Assembly: GCF_009914755.1 (NCBI RefSeq)
Contig: NC_060926.1
Length of the DNA: 64,000 nucleotides
Reading direction: 5' to 3' (one strand)
Origin: the human T2T-CHM13v2.0 reference genome, Homo sapiens
The notes beneath the pieces were generated by a model. That model was not told the origin of the DNA and ran no database searches. It saw nothing but the letters and a program-made list of their open reading frames with translations. Both the position numbers and the translations under genes were made by a program. Positions 30,113 through 42,828 of this stretch are shown here, one piece after another. Numbering within the stretch: the first letter of the stretch is position 1; each line of letters begins with the position of its first letter.

Positions 30113-32248
30113 ATATTAGGCAAATAATATCAACTCACAAATAAATAGTATTATGTCTTCAGATTCAAAAAAACTTCACTTTTCTTGTCGAAAAAATGTT
30201 ATTTTTTTTAAATGCAACAGCTTAAGTTAAGCACATCTTTTAAAAAAACAGATGCTTCTTTCTATATAATTTTGAAAATAGTATTCTAAAGTGCAATTTT
30301 TGTAAAAATTTCACTTTTGGCAGTTTTCACACACAACCCCCTTACTAGAACCCTCTAGCTCTGGAAAACCAGGAAAATTGGAGTTAACAAAAATAAGTTT
30401 GAAAACAATACTGAACTACCAGGCAGCAAGAACTTAAGAAGCCACTTTTCCAGGCAAAAATGTCCAGAAAGGTAAGTGATCTTTGCCTCTACTTTTGCAC
30501 CACAAGATATCTGGATTTTCCAAAGTGGAAGCTGATAAGGTGTGCACAGCTGGGGGAGTCTCAGATGGCTGGAGAGACAAAAGTCAGAGCTCAGGAATCA
30601 CCAAAAAGGAAGGCCAGGTAAGCATTCCGGGTTTTCAGTTGGGATCTCTGAAAGGCTGCACCCTGGGAAAAATCATGAATCTAAACCAGATATGAGCTTC
30701 TAAAAAGCCCAGATTTGAATCAAACTAAATTTAAGAGATATAGTAAGATTCTCCCACCCCAGCTGCCTATCAGAAGCAAACGTAAATTCTCTTGTGGAAG
30801 ATAATATCATCCAGAGTCTCAAATTATCTCCATGAATTTTCTTACCCAATGTCTCACATTCAATTAAAGATAACCAGGCATAGAAAACAAGACACAATGA
30901 ACATAAAATCAAGAAAATGTATAGACAATATATCCAGATATTGGATTTATCAGATATAAACTTCAAAATGACTGTGATAAGTTCAATACGTTTAACAAAA
31001 AGTTGAAGAAATTCATCAAGAAACTGAAAAATTCAAAAATTCAAATAGATATTCTAGAACTGAAAACAGTAAACAAAATTAAGACCTAAACAAAAGGGTT
31101 TAAGAGCAGAAATGAGTTAGGAAATTGAAGTATAGATAATTGAAAAATATCTAGATTGAAGCATCTCCATGCTTATCTTTCAAGCTAAAAAAAAATACAG
31201 AAAATAGCTTAAGGCATATGTAGGGCATAGTGAAAAGTTCTAACCATGTGACATATTTGAGTCCCAAAAGGAAAAGAGAAGGAAAATGAGGTTGAAGCAA
31301 TCTAAAAAGATTAATGGTGGGGAACTTTTTAAAAGGACAAAACACTACACCAAAGATTTAAGAAGTGCTACAAACGCTAAATAAGATAATTTCTTTTCTT
31401 AAAAAAAAATACACACTTATACTGTCACAGAATTGTTAAAAGATTTTAAAAATTGAAAGCAGCCAGATGAAGAATAGACATATTTTCTTCAAAGGAGCAA
31501 CAACAGGCTGGGAGATGACTTTTTAACAGAAATAATGGAAGCCAGAGGATAATGGTTTCAAAAAGATGAAAGAAAATAACCCCCAATATAGAGTTCTATA
31601 TCTAGCGGAATTAACCTTCAAAATAATGACAAATAAAATACACTTTCAAATAAAAACTCAAAATTTCAACAGCAAACTGCTCTAAGGTATTAAGTTTGAT
31701 TGTGTTGTCATATATATATAACACTGAAATCAGAAATGGAAGATTATGCTTTCTTTTTTCAAGGGCACATGAAACATTTACCAAAATTGACTGTAAGCTG
31801 GGACACAAAACATGTTTCAACAAAGTTCAGAAGATGAAAAACATACAAATACATTATCTGAAAACAGTACCACTAAGCTCAAAAGCAACAACACAGCAGT
31901 AATTATTTTTTCTTGTTTAGAAATTAAGTGATGCATTGCTATATAAGCCATTGATCAAACGCAAATCACAATGGAAATTACAAAGTATTTTTAACCGAAT
32001 AAAAATATTTATATTGATACTTGTGGGATTTGGCTAATGCCAAAATTAAAGGGACATATACAGCTTTAAATGAATACCCCAGAAAAGAAGCAAGGCTAAC
32101 AACCAATGACCTAAGCACTAATCTCAGGAGTTTTACATGGGTTTATTTTTAAAATGCATGGTTTGTTTAGTGGTTAAAAAAAAAATCATAATAAACTAGG
32201 ACTTGAAGCAGTTTTCCTTAACTCAATAAAATGTATAACCCATATACG

Positions 32249-32984
32249 TTTATTTTATTTTATTTTACTTATTTATTTATTTATTTTATTATACTTTAAG
32301 TTCTAGGGTACAAGTGCACAACACGCAGGTTTGTTACATATGCATACATGTGCCATGTTAGTGTGCTGCACCCGTTAACTCGTTATTTAGCATTAGGTAT
32401 ATCTCCTAACGCTATCCCATCCCCCTACCCCCATCCCCCGGCAGGCCCTGGTGTGTGATGTTCCCCACCCTGTGTCCATGTGTTCTCATTGTTCAGTTCC
32501 CACCTATAAGTGAAAACATGCAGTGTTTGGTTTTCTGTCCTTGTGATAGTTTGCTCAGAATGATGGTTTCCAGCTTCATCCATGTTCCTGTAAAGGACAT
32601 GAACTCATCCTTTTTTATGGCTGCATAGTATTCCATGGTGTATGTGTGTCACATTTTCTTAATCCAGTCTATCACTGATGGACATTTGGGTTGGTTCCAA
32701 GTTTTTGCTATTGTGAATAGTGCCACAATAAACATACATGTGCATGTGTCTTTATAGCAGCATGATTTATAATCCTTTGGGTATATGCCCAGTAATGGGA
32801 TGGCTGGATCAAATGGTATTTCTAGTTCTAGATACTTGAGGAATTGTCACACTGTCTTCCACAATGGTTGAACTAGTTTACAGTCCCACCAACAGTGTAA
32901 AAGCATTCTTATTTCTCCACATCCTCTCCAGCACCTGTTGTTTCCTGACTTTTTAATGATCGCCATTCTAACTGGTGTGAGATG
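32249..32984 (-). mobile_element. L1PA (approx. PA5-PA7) 3' end, 5'-truncated
   Basis: ttattatactttaagttctagggtac...attctaactggtgtgagat; 16-bp TSD tgtataacccatatac at 32232-32247 and 32985-33000. Confidence 0.95.
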
Positions 32985-33106
32985 TGTATAACCCATATAC
33001 ATTTTATCATAAAATAATCCCATTTATAATTGCATACAAATATTCTTTAAAAATCTATCAATAATAAATAAATAGAATTTGCAAGAGAAATTAAAGAAGA
33101 CCTAGT

Positions 33107-33158
33107 GTGCATGCAAACACACCACACACACACACACACACAGGCACACACACAGCAA
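33107..33158. repeat. Imperfect (CA)n microsatellite
   Basis: caaacacaccacacacacacacacacacaggcacacacacag. Confidence 0.9.
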
Positions 33159-33978
33159 GCATATTTATGATAAAATATTGAAAGCTTTCCCCTTAAGACT
33201 GAGAAAAAGACAAGATGTCTGCTATCAAAAACCCTATTCAACCTTGTGGTGAATATCCTGGCCATTGGTCTAAGGAAAAAAAGGATAAGGATTGCAAGTA
33301 AAGATATAAAATTCATGTTATTCAGAAATTACAAGATTGTAAATTTTAAAAATCCAAACAAATTCTATAGAAAAACCACTAGAATTTAGAATTTAGGAAA
33401 ATTGCTGGAAACAAGGTAAATATAACAAATTAATTTTATTTGTATGTACCAGTATCAATTAGAAGATAAACATTTTAAAATGATCTCATGTATAATAGCA
33501 TCAAAAATACTTTTTAATCTACCAATAATAAATAAATAAAATTTGCAAGAGAAATTAAAGAAGACCTAGTTAAATAGCAAGACATACCATATTAATGGAT
33601 ATAGGAAATCTCAATTTGTCAAGGCATCAAATGTCAATTCTCCCCAAATTTATAGATTTAGTGCAATACAATCTCTCAGCAGGTGTGTGTGTGTGTGTGT
33701 AAATTGAAAAGCTGAACCTAAAATTTATGGAAATACATGGGAAATAAATGTTTAGAAAAATACAAAAAACAAAGGTGAAAGATATACATTATCAGATATC
33801 AAGACCTATAATTAAGCTAGAGTAATTAAGACAATATAATACCAATGCAAAGATCAACAAATAGTCTGTGAAAAAGAATAGAGAATCTAGACATAGATTC
33901 AAACATAAATGAATGCTTTATTACTGTCATATGTGTTTATGACTAAGGAGTACTGGGGAAAGAATAGTCTTTTTAACC

Positions 33979-34281
33979 TTATGTATTTATTTTATTTTGA
34001 GACAGAGTCTCACTCTGTTGCCCAGGTTGAAGTGCAGTGGTATGATCTCGGCTCATTGTGGCCTACCTCTGTAGCCCAAGTGATCCACCTGCCTCAGCCT
34101 CCTAAGTAGTTGGAACTACAGGCACATTCCACCACACCTGGCTAACTTATTTTTTATTTTTTTGATAGAGACAGAATCCATATGTTGCCCAGGTTGATCT
34201 TGAGTTCCTGGGCTTAAGTGATCCTCCCACATCAGCCTCCCAAAATGCTGAGATCACAGGCATGAGCCACTTTGCCTGGCC
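33979..34281 (-). mobile_element. AluJ
   Basis: atgttgcccagg...cctgggcttaagtgatcctccc; TSD approx. ag(a/g)at(a/g)gtcttttta. Confidence 0.9.
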
Positions 34282-34818
34282 AGGATGGTCTTTTTATAAG
34301 TCGTGCTGGGTCAATTGGATATGATAAAATAAAACCTTACTCTTACATCATTCCATATACAAAAATTAACTTTTATAGTAAAAAACATAAAGATTCTGGA
34401 AGATAATATAGGAGAATATATCCATAAATTTGGGATATTAAGAAAATTCTGAATCCAGACACAGAAAATACTATCCACAAAGGAAAATATTTACAAACTG
34501 AACTATATTAAAATTAGAAACTTCTTTCCAACACAAAATACCATTAAGAGTGTGAAAAGGTAAGCCATAGAGCAAGAAAAGACAGTTGCAACTTTTTTCT
34601 ATCTCTAAACTCCTACAAATTATTTTTTTTAAAGAGAAAACACATAAAAGAGTATATTCAAATGCTCAGTAAAGTTAGGAAAAGATCAACTTCATCATTC
34701 ATCAGAAAAATGTAAATCAAACTTCAGAAAAGAAGCTATATCCTGATGATAATGATTTAAAATAATAACAATACAAAAGATGGTTATTACCACACGTTGA
34801 CTGGGAAGAAGAGCAAAT

Positions 34819-35130
34819 AGCCAGGCGCGGTGGCTCATGCCTGTAATCCCAGCACTTTGGGAGGCTGAAGCGGGCGGATCACCTGAGGTCAGGAGTTCGA
34901 GACCAGCTTGGCCAACATGGTGAAACCCCATCTCTATGAAAAATACAAAAATTAGACGGGCGTGGTGGCAAGTGCCTGTAGTCCCAGCTCAGGCGGCTGA
35001 GGCAGGAGAATCTCTTGAACCTGGGGGACAGAGGTTGCAGTGAGCCGAGATCACACCACTGCACTCCAGGCTGGGCGATAGAGTGAGACTCTGTCTGAAA
35101 AAAACAAAACGAAACGAAACAAAACAAAAA
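34819..35130 (+). mobile_element. AluSx-like
   Basis: Full Alu with (CAAAA/CGAAA)n tail. Confidence 0.95.
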
Positions 35131-35547
35131 CCTCTTGTGCTCTCATTGGGAGTGTAATCAGCACAACTACTTTGTAAATGAATGAATTGCTACCATACAC
35201 AACAACATTAATGAACCTAGCAAACCTGGTATTGAGCAAAAGGAGGTAGGCACAAAAGAACACTGACTTGTGCGATTCCCTCTATATAAAGTTCACAACC
35301 CAGCAAAACTGCTTTATGGTGTACAGTCAAGATGTGGCTGTACAAGATGTGGCTTCCTTCAGGAAGGAGGGGATTTGTACCTGGGATTGGACATGAGAGG
35401 GATTCAGTGATGCTAATAATGTTCTACTTTTTGATCTGGGTGGTGGTTACAGAGGAAAGTATACTTTGTGCTGTGCACTTGTCTGTATGTCCATTTATAG
35501 TTCAGTGGAGAGCTTCGACTCAAAAAACAAAAATTGTAGAGAACAAC

Positions 35548-36662
35548 CAGAGTCAAGAGACAGCCTATGGAATGAGAGAAAATATTCTCGTACCGTATAT
35601 GTGTTAAGGGGTTAATATCCAAAGTACATACAGACCCCAAACAGCTCAATAGCCAGAAAACAAATAACCTGATTAAAAATGGGTAAAGGACCTGAAAAGT
35701 CATTTCTCAAGACAGGACATAGAAATGGCCAACAGGTATGTGAAAAAATGCTTAACATAACTAATCACCAAGGAAATGCAAATCAAAACCATGATGAGAT
35801 ATCACCTGACACCTGTTAGGATGGCTATTTTTAAAAATAAGAAAGATAAGTGTTGGCAAGGATGTGGAGAAAAGAGAACACGTGTACACTGTTGGTGGGA
35901 ATGTAAATTAGTACAGCCATTATGGAAAACTATTTGGAGATTCCTCATAAAATTAAAAATAGAACTACCATATGAACCAACAATACCAATCCTAGGTGTG
36001 TGTTCATAGAAAATGAGATCAATATATCAAAGACCTATCTGCATTCCCATATTCATCGTAGCATTATTCACAATAACAAAGCTATGGAATACGGAATAAG
36101 CCCACGTGGCTCTAAGTGGATGAACAGATAAGGAAAATGTGGTACATATACACAATGGGAAACTATTCAGCCTTAAAAAAGAAGGGAACTCTGTCATTTG
36201 CAACAACATGGACAAACTGGGAAATATTAGGTGAAATGAAGTAAGCCAGGCACAAAAATACCACATGATCTCACTTATATGTGGAATCTAAAAAGTCGAA
36301 CTCGTAGAAGCAGAGAGTAAAGTGGTGGTTACCAGAGGTAGGGTGGTAGAAGGATTGAGGAAAGGTTGGTGAAAAGATTAAAAATTTTCAGTTACACAGG
36401 AGGAATAAGTTTAGATCTATTGTACAACATGGTGATTATAGTTAATAACAATATGCTATTATTATATATATCATGTACTTGAAAATTGCTAAGAGAGTAG
36501 ATTTCAAATGCTCTCACCAAAAAATAAGTATATAAGGTAATATATATGTTAATTAGCTTGATTTAGCCATCCCACAATGTGTACGTAGATCAAAACATCA
36601 TGTTATACACCATAAATACATACAACTTTTACTTGTCAATTAAAAAATTGAAAATTAAAAAA
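35548..36662 (+). mobile_element. L1MA-type 3' end (ORF2 C-terminus plus 3'UTR)
   Basis: [39 protein letters not shown] matches the ORF2p C-terminus; L1MA 3'UTR ending in an A tail. Confidence 0.92.
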
Positions 36663-36878
36663 ATTTGAAAACTTTTAAGTAAATTGTTGGTATACCAGAA
36701 GAAGGTGAAATTACTTCATTAATGTAATTCCTCCAAGTGTGTGCTATTTACCAAAATACACACTACTCTTAATATCCTGAAAAGCTGGATGTTGCTATTA
36801 AGTGCCATATGTTTTCTTATAATTCATTAAGGCTATAGTTTTTTTATATTGTATTGTAGGCTATTAAACTGTTTACTC

Positions 36879-37183
36879 TTTTTTTTTTTTTTTTTTTTTT
36901 GAGACGGAGTCTCGCTGTTGCCCAGGCTGGAGTGCAGTGGCCCGATCTCGGCTCACTGCAGGCTCCGCCCCCCAGGGTTCACGCCATTCTCCTGCCTCAG
37001 CCTCCCGAGTAGCTGGGACTACAGGCACCCGCCACCTCACCCGGCTAATTTTTTTTTGTATTTTTAGTAGAGACGGGGTTTCACCGTGTTAGCCAGGATG
37101 GTCTCGATCTCCTGACCTCGTGATCCGCCCGCCTCGGCCTCCCAAAGTGCTGAGATTACAGGCGTGAGCCACCGTGCCCGGCC
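36879..37183 (-). mobile_element. Young AluY (AluYe5-like diagnostics)
   Basis: gcaggctccgccccccaggg and ctcgctgttgcc variants; perfect 16-bp TSD taaactgtttactctt; pure T tract. Confidence 0.9.
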
Positions 37184-37487
37184 TAAACTGTTTACTCTTA
37201 AAGAAGTCCAGCAACAAAACGAAAAATTGTAGACTTTCTGCTGTTGGGTTAGGAAACAAAACACATGAGAAACTTACCAATGCACTCCCAAATTGGAGTC
37301 AAAAGGTGTTTATTTTTTACCCCTTCCAAACCTGCTGCTCTTGCTGTTTTATTCCAGTGAATGGCACTGCCTCCATCTGGTTTTCAAGCAAGGACTGAGA
37401 GTTTTCTGTGATGGTCTCCCTTTTCCTCAACCTACAACACTCAGTTAATCCTGTCTTCCCGTCTTCTTTTTTGAAAAAATTTATTTT

Positions 37488-37776
37488 GGCTGGGCACGAT
37501 GGCTCATGCCTGTAATCCCAGCACTTTGGGAGGCTGAGGCTGGCGAATCACGAGGTCAGGAGTTCGAGACCAGCCTGGACAACATGGTGAAACCCTGTCT
37601 CTACTAAAAGTACAAAAAATTAGCTGGGCATGGTGGCAGACGCCTGTAATCCCAGCTACTCAGGAGGCAGAGGCAGGAAAATCACTTGAACCCGACAGGC
37701 GGAGGTTGCAGTGAGCCAAAATCATAATACTGTACTTCAGCCTGGGCGACAGTGCAAGACTCCATCTCAAAAAAAC
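37488..37776 (+). mobile_element. Alu (AluSg-like)
   Basis: ggctgggcacgatggctc...gaatcacgaggtcagg...catctcaaaaaaa. Confidence 0.94.
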
Positions 37777-37782
37777 AATTAC

Positions 37783-38166
<384 letters not shown>

Positions 38167-38344
38167 TAATCAGGTCACCGCCATCAGCTTCAAGGGGGTT
38201 CCTGCATTAGCCTCCAACCTCCAGTCCTGCCTCTGCTATCCACTCTCCCTTGAACCCTTGAGCACCCACTGGGCTCTTTGACGTCACCTCTGTTGAACAC
38301 TTCTGTGGCTCTTCAGCCAGCCTGTAGGATGGGGTCAAAACTTC

Positions 38345-38803
38345 TTTTTTTTTTTTTTTTTATTATACTTTAAGTTTTAGGGTACATGTGCACATTGTGC
38401 AGCTTAGTTACATATGTATACATGTGCCATGCTGGTGTGCTGCACCCATTAACTCGTCATCTAGCATTAGGTATATCTCCCAGTGCTATCCCTCCCCCCT
38501 CCCCCCACCCCACAACAGTCCCCAGAGTGTGATATTCCCCTTCCTGTGTCCATGTGATCTCATTGTCCAATTCCCACCTATGAGTGAGAATATGCGGTGT
38601 TTGTTTTTTTGTTCTTGCGATAGTTTACTGAGAATGATGATTTCCAATTTCATCCATGTCCCTACAGAGGACATGAACTCATCATTTTTTATGGCTGCGT
38701 AGTATTCCATGATGTATATGTGCCACATTTTCTTTGAAAACTGGCACAAGACAGGGATGCCCTCTCTCACCACTCCTATTCAACATAGTGTTGGAAGTTC
38801 TGG
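38345..38803 (-). mobile_element. Young L1 (L1PA2/PA3-like), truncated, with 5' inversion
   Basis: Reverse 3'UTR 38345-38734 joined to a forward ORF2 piece 38732-38803; 14-bp TSD ggtcaaaacttctt at 38333-38346 and 38802-38815. Confidence 0.95.
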
Positions 38804-39216
38804 TCAAAACTTCTTAACAAGGCTTAAGCGACCTTTCCTGACTTCCCCCTTGCCTCCACCCTGTTCCCACCCAGCTCAGGCTCACTGCAAACCTGGTGAG
38901 CTCCTACAGTCTTCCAAAGCTCCAGACTCTGCACATGCCCTTCCTCTTCTCTGAAACAGTCTTTCCTAATCATCTCAAGACCCAAGTGAGCATCCCTCCT
39001 AGGACCTCCAGGATGTCACCCTATCCTTCCCCCACCACAGCACACATCACACTTTCTAGTAACTGAGTGTTTGCTTATGTGAGCACAGGGACTGTGTCTG
39101 TGTGTTCATTGCTCTGTGCCTGTGCCCAGCGCAGTGGCTGACATGTGGTACCTCCTTGACGTGGCATCCAGTGAGTCCAGTGTTTGATAATATCTGTTAA
39201 AGAAGAGCTTGGCAAG

Positions 39217-39642
39217 TGGAAGAGTATGAATTGTGTCCCCGCACCACTCCAATTCATATGTTGATGTCCTAATCCCCCAGTAATTGAGAATGAGACTTTA
39301 TTTGGAAATAGGGTTAGAGTAGATGCAATTAGTTACTATGTGATGAGGGGGTACCAAGGTGGCTCCTATTTCAAGATGACTGGTGTCCTTATAAAAAGGG
39401 AACATTGAGACATGAACAGGAACACAGAGAGAACACCATATGAGCACCAAAGATTGCCAGCAAACCACCAGAAGCTGGGGGAGAGGTCTGGACAGACGCC
39501 TTGCCCAGCCCTTAGAAGGACTTAAGCCTGTGCACACCTTGCCTTTGATCTTCCAGCCTCCAGATCTGAGACAGTAAGTTCCTGATGTCTCAGCCACTCA
39601 GTTCGTGGTATTGTACTACAGCAGTACTAGGAAACTAACACA
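39217..39642 (+). mobile_element. MLT1B-like MaLR solo LTR
   Basis: gaattgtgtcccc...ttcatatgttga...ttatttggaaataggg...tgactggtgtccttataaaaag...ggaaactaacaca. Confidence 0.85.
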
Positions 39643-39865
39643 GATAGGAAAGGGAATGATGATCAAAGGAACTCTGAAGCAATTACTAGTTTTTCTTTTT
39701 GTCTTCCCCATGCACAGCTGCTGAAAGCCGCATTTTAAACCTGAGAGCCTGTCAGGACACACAGAGGCATCCATGGAAAGCCTGTTTTGCGTGTGAACAG
39801 CTGGGAGCTGGCCCATGCTTCTTCAGTTCTGTGCTTTTTGGTCTACAGACTGATTTCTGTCATAC

Positions 39866-40420
39866 TGAAGCAATCCTCACAATGTTCACAAGAATTCTGG
39901 ACAGAAATACAATTATAATTGAGCATGAATCAGGCTGCTCTTTGACCCACTTCCTTGTAACTAAAAGTCATGTAGCACTAGATACTGACCATTCGCTAGA
40001 TATCAACCACTCGCTAGATACCGACCACTCGCTAGATACTGACCATTCGCATCCCCACTGTTCCCATAGATAGCATCTCTGATGTTAGAATCAGAAGGCT
40101 TTTGTTTAAGAATTGCTTAGGCAGATCCTGAATTCTGGTGGAACAGCTGATGCCAACCAGTTTGAAGAGCCCCACAGAGGAACTGAACTGGCATGAGAAT
40201 ACAATGGCTTCCTCTCCCCATCCCATGACTTCACCTTGTACTCTTGACCAATCAACAATCTCCACACTTCATGCTACTCCAACCCTTTAAAACCCTCCTA
40301 GGGGAGATGGATTTGAAGTCTCCCCGTCTCCTCGTTCAACGGTGCTACAATTAAACCTTTCTCTCTGCTGCAACCCAGTGTTTCGGTGTATCGACTTGCC
40401 ATGCGTCAGGCAATGGATCT
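39866..40420 (+). mobile_element. ERV1-class solo LTR (LTR36-like, uncertain)
   Basis: aagaattctggacagaaatacaattataatt...gaccaatcaac...attaaacctttctctctgctgcaac LTR architecture. Confidence 0.65.
39978..40049. repeat. 18-bp minisatellite, 4 copies (ctagatactgaccattcg variants)
   Basis: Units at 39978, 39996, 40014 and 40032. Confidence 0.95.
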
Positions 40421-41616
40421 ATATGAAGAGGCATTCTTCAGACCTCCAGACACTGGCTAACCAGCATTTACTGTAAATCAAGAGGTTTACACTTGCCAAC
40501 TGAAAACGCAGGTTGAAGAAATGGAGCTGAATTCCAGGTAAGCTGCAGTCAGGTTGAGGCAGCACAGTGGAAACTGTAGGCTATGCCCAGGGCTTTACAC
40601 ACCATCTCACTTAACCTCCCCAGCATTCCTCATTATCAAAGGATAGTTTGCTTCTCAGCTGCTCTGTAGTTAAGGACCAAATTCTCAAGCATCCCTACTT
40701 ACAGTGGGCATGACGTTGAGCTTTCTTAGTAGGGCCTCGCCTGCTGATCACTTCCCTGCAGCTCCCTCGACACTATGCCAGCAGCTCCAGGCCTCCAACC
40801 CACAGCAACACCACGTGTCCTCTGCAAGCCTGTTAACACTCTCTGCTTGCCCAGCACTTGTGGACCAGCTTTGACCCAGGCAATCCGGCGAACTTCTGTG
40901 TCATCCAGGAGTGGCAAGCACACCTTCTCTCTCTTCCAAGTTCACCTTGCTCGGGCATGCTCCTGCAGCCTCAGGAATCATAGAGGGATTTTGTTACAGG
41001 TATTTACTTGCTTAAAAGAACTAAATAATTCACTGCTGTTTAAATTATTGTGTAGTCCCATTTCCATCCCTGGCTGGACCCAGACTCATACACACAGGAA
41101 AGTGGGGATGGCTGTATATTCATTTTGAGATGAGAAAACTGACATGCTGAGAAATCAACAGATTTGGTAAAAAACACACAGCTATGGTTATTTCTGCAAC
41201 CCGAGCCCTCCCTCTGCTGCAGGGCTACCTGGCACAGCGTGCCCTGTGTGTGATCTCCATACAGTTTCGTGTTGCTCACTGACATCTGGGTATGTGAATG
41301 TTGCTTGTTAGTGGGTGGGAGCCTCTTTTATTTATTTGCTTCATTAAGGTGCATAATATATGTCAGTTCCTCAAGAGCATGACCAGGTCTCTGGGAGTCA
41401 AACAATTGATCTTCAGGCAGAGTGGGAAGGACAAATGAGCTGGATGGTTTTCCAATTGTTCATACACTCATTCCAAACACATTCATCGAGGAAAATCTCC
41501 TCCCTTCTCCCCAAGTCAGCAGCAGAAGAGAAACTTCTGAGGAATAAGACCCTTCTTACTCCTCATGGGAACACTCCCACCATGCTGCTGTCTTTGCTCA
41601 GCACTTTGGGTTTGGG

Positions 41617-42010
41617 GTTGATGGTTAATTTTCTGTGTAACTTGTTTAGGCTATGGTGCTAAGTTGTATGGTCAAACCCAAATCTAGATGTTGCTGTGAT
41701 GGTATTTTGTAGTTGGATTAACATCCGCAATCGTTTGACTTTAAGTAAAGCAGATGACCCTCCATAATGTGGGTGGGCCTCATGTGAGCAGATGAAGACC
41801 CTGAGAGGAAAACCAGAGGTTTCCCAGAGAAGAGGGAATTCTGCCTCCAGACTGCAACATGGAAATCCTGCCTGCACTTCCAGCCTGCTGGTCTACCCTG
41901 GAGATTTCAGACTCACCAGCCCCCACAATTGCATAAGCTGATTCCTTAAAAATACATTTCCTTGCATATCTCCAAGAGATGCTGTTTGTCTGGAGAGCCC
42001 TGAGTGACAT
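41617..42010 (+). mobile_element. MLT2 (ERVL) solo LTR, MLT2D-like
   Basis: tgatggttaattttctgtgtaacttg...actttaagtaaagcagatgaccctccataatgtgggtgggcctcat. Confidence 0.85.
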
Positions 42011-42526
42011 CGAGGCAGTCACCATCCAGGAGATGATCAAGCAGCCATTGCTAGTAACAGAAGCAGCTCCATCATTAAAATCCTCGGGGTGGCTAAATCC
42101 AGAAGAACTTCCAGGTCACTTTCTAGTGCCACCTGGAGAGTTTGTGGAGGACAAGGTGGCATGTGTCCAACGGAGGACAGGACGGGGGTGGGCAGTTTAG
42201 CAGCTCCCTGCTGGGAAGCTCAACAAGCTCAGAGTAACCATATTGAGGGGCTCTGGGGTCCCTGGGCTGGAGAGACTTCAGGCGCCCTGAGGACAGAGGT
42301 GTTCCTGGTGAGCTCAGGGACCCCAGCAAAGTCCTTGGCACAGAACAGAGGGAGGCAGGGAGCTGGGCAATAAAAATAAATCCCTGGGCACCTGGTACAG
42401 TGAGGCCCTGAGCTACGAAAAGTGTGGCTAATCCCTGGGTTCTGGTACAGGTTTAGAAGTGTCGTGCCACAGTGACTCTGAAGCTGTGAAGAAATTATAG
42501 TTAACAACTAGTGCCAAATCTTTAAA

Positions 42527-42828
42527 CAAGAGTCAGCAAACTATGGCCCATGGACCAAATATGACATGCCTCTTATACTTTATGTCCTGTCAGAATGGTT
42601 TTCACATTTTGAAGAAAAACTACTTTGTGGCATATGAACAGTCTATGAAACTCAAATTCCAGTGCTCAGGAATGACATTTTGTTGGAACCCAGTCATACC
42701 CGTTCCTTTGTGTATTGTCTGCAGCTGCCTTTATGCTACGATGGCAATGCTGAGTAATGGCGGCAGAGACCACTTAGCCCATGCTTAAAATATTTACCAG
42801 TCTGGCCTCTTACAGAAAGAAGCTCCTG
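42527..42828. mobile_element. MER58B-like hAT-Charlie MITE
   Basis: caagagtcagcaaactatggcccatggaccaaat...aaaatatttac...tggcctcttacagaaa. Confidence 0.8.

Larger units (their letters stand above)
30330..34760 (+). mobile_element. Fragmented old L1 (L1M-type; ORF1 and ORF2 remnants) with nested insertions
   Basis: ttctagaactgaaaa and gagtcccaaaagg ORF1-like; gaaacatttaccaaaattgac, gctttccccttaagact, tgtcaattctccccaaatt ORF2-like; boundaries approximate. Confidence 0.75.

Noticed and set aside
39978-40049. Regular short repeats resembling a CRISPR array
   Set aside because: The units are head to tail with no unique spacers, in a primate LTR context, with no cas genes.
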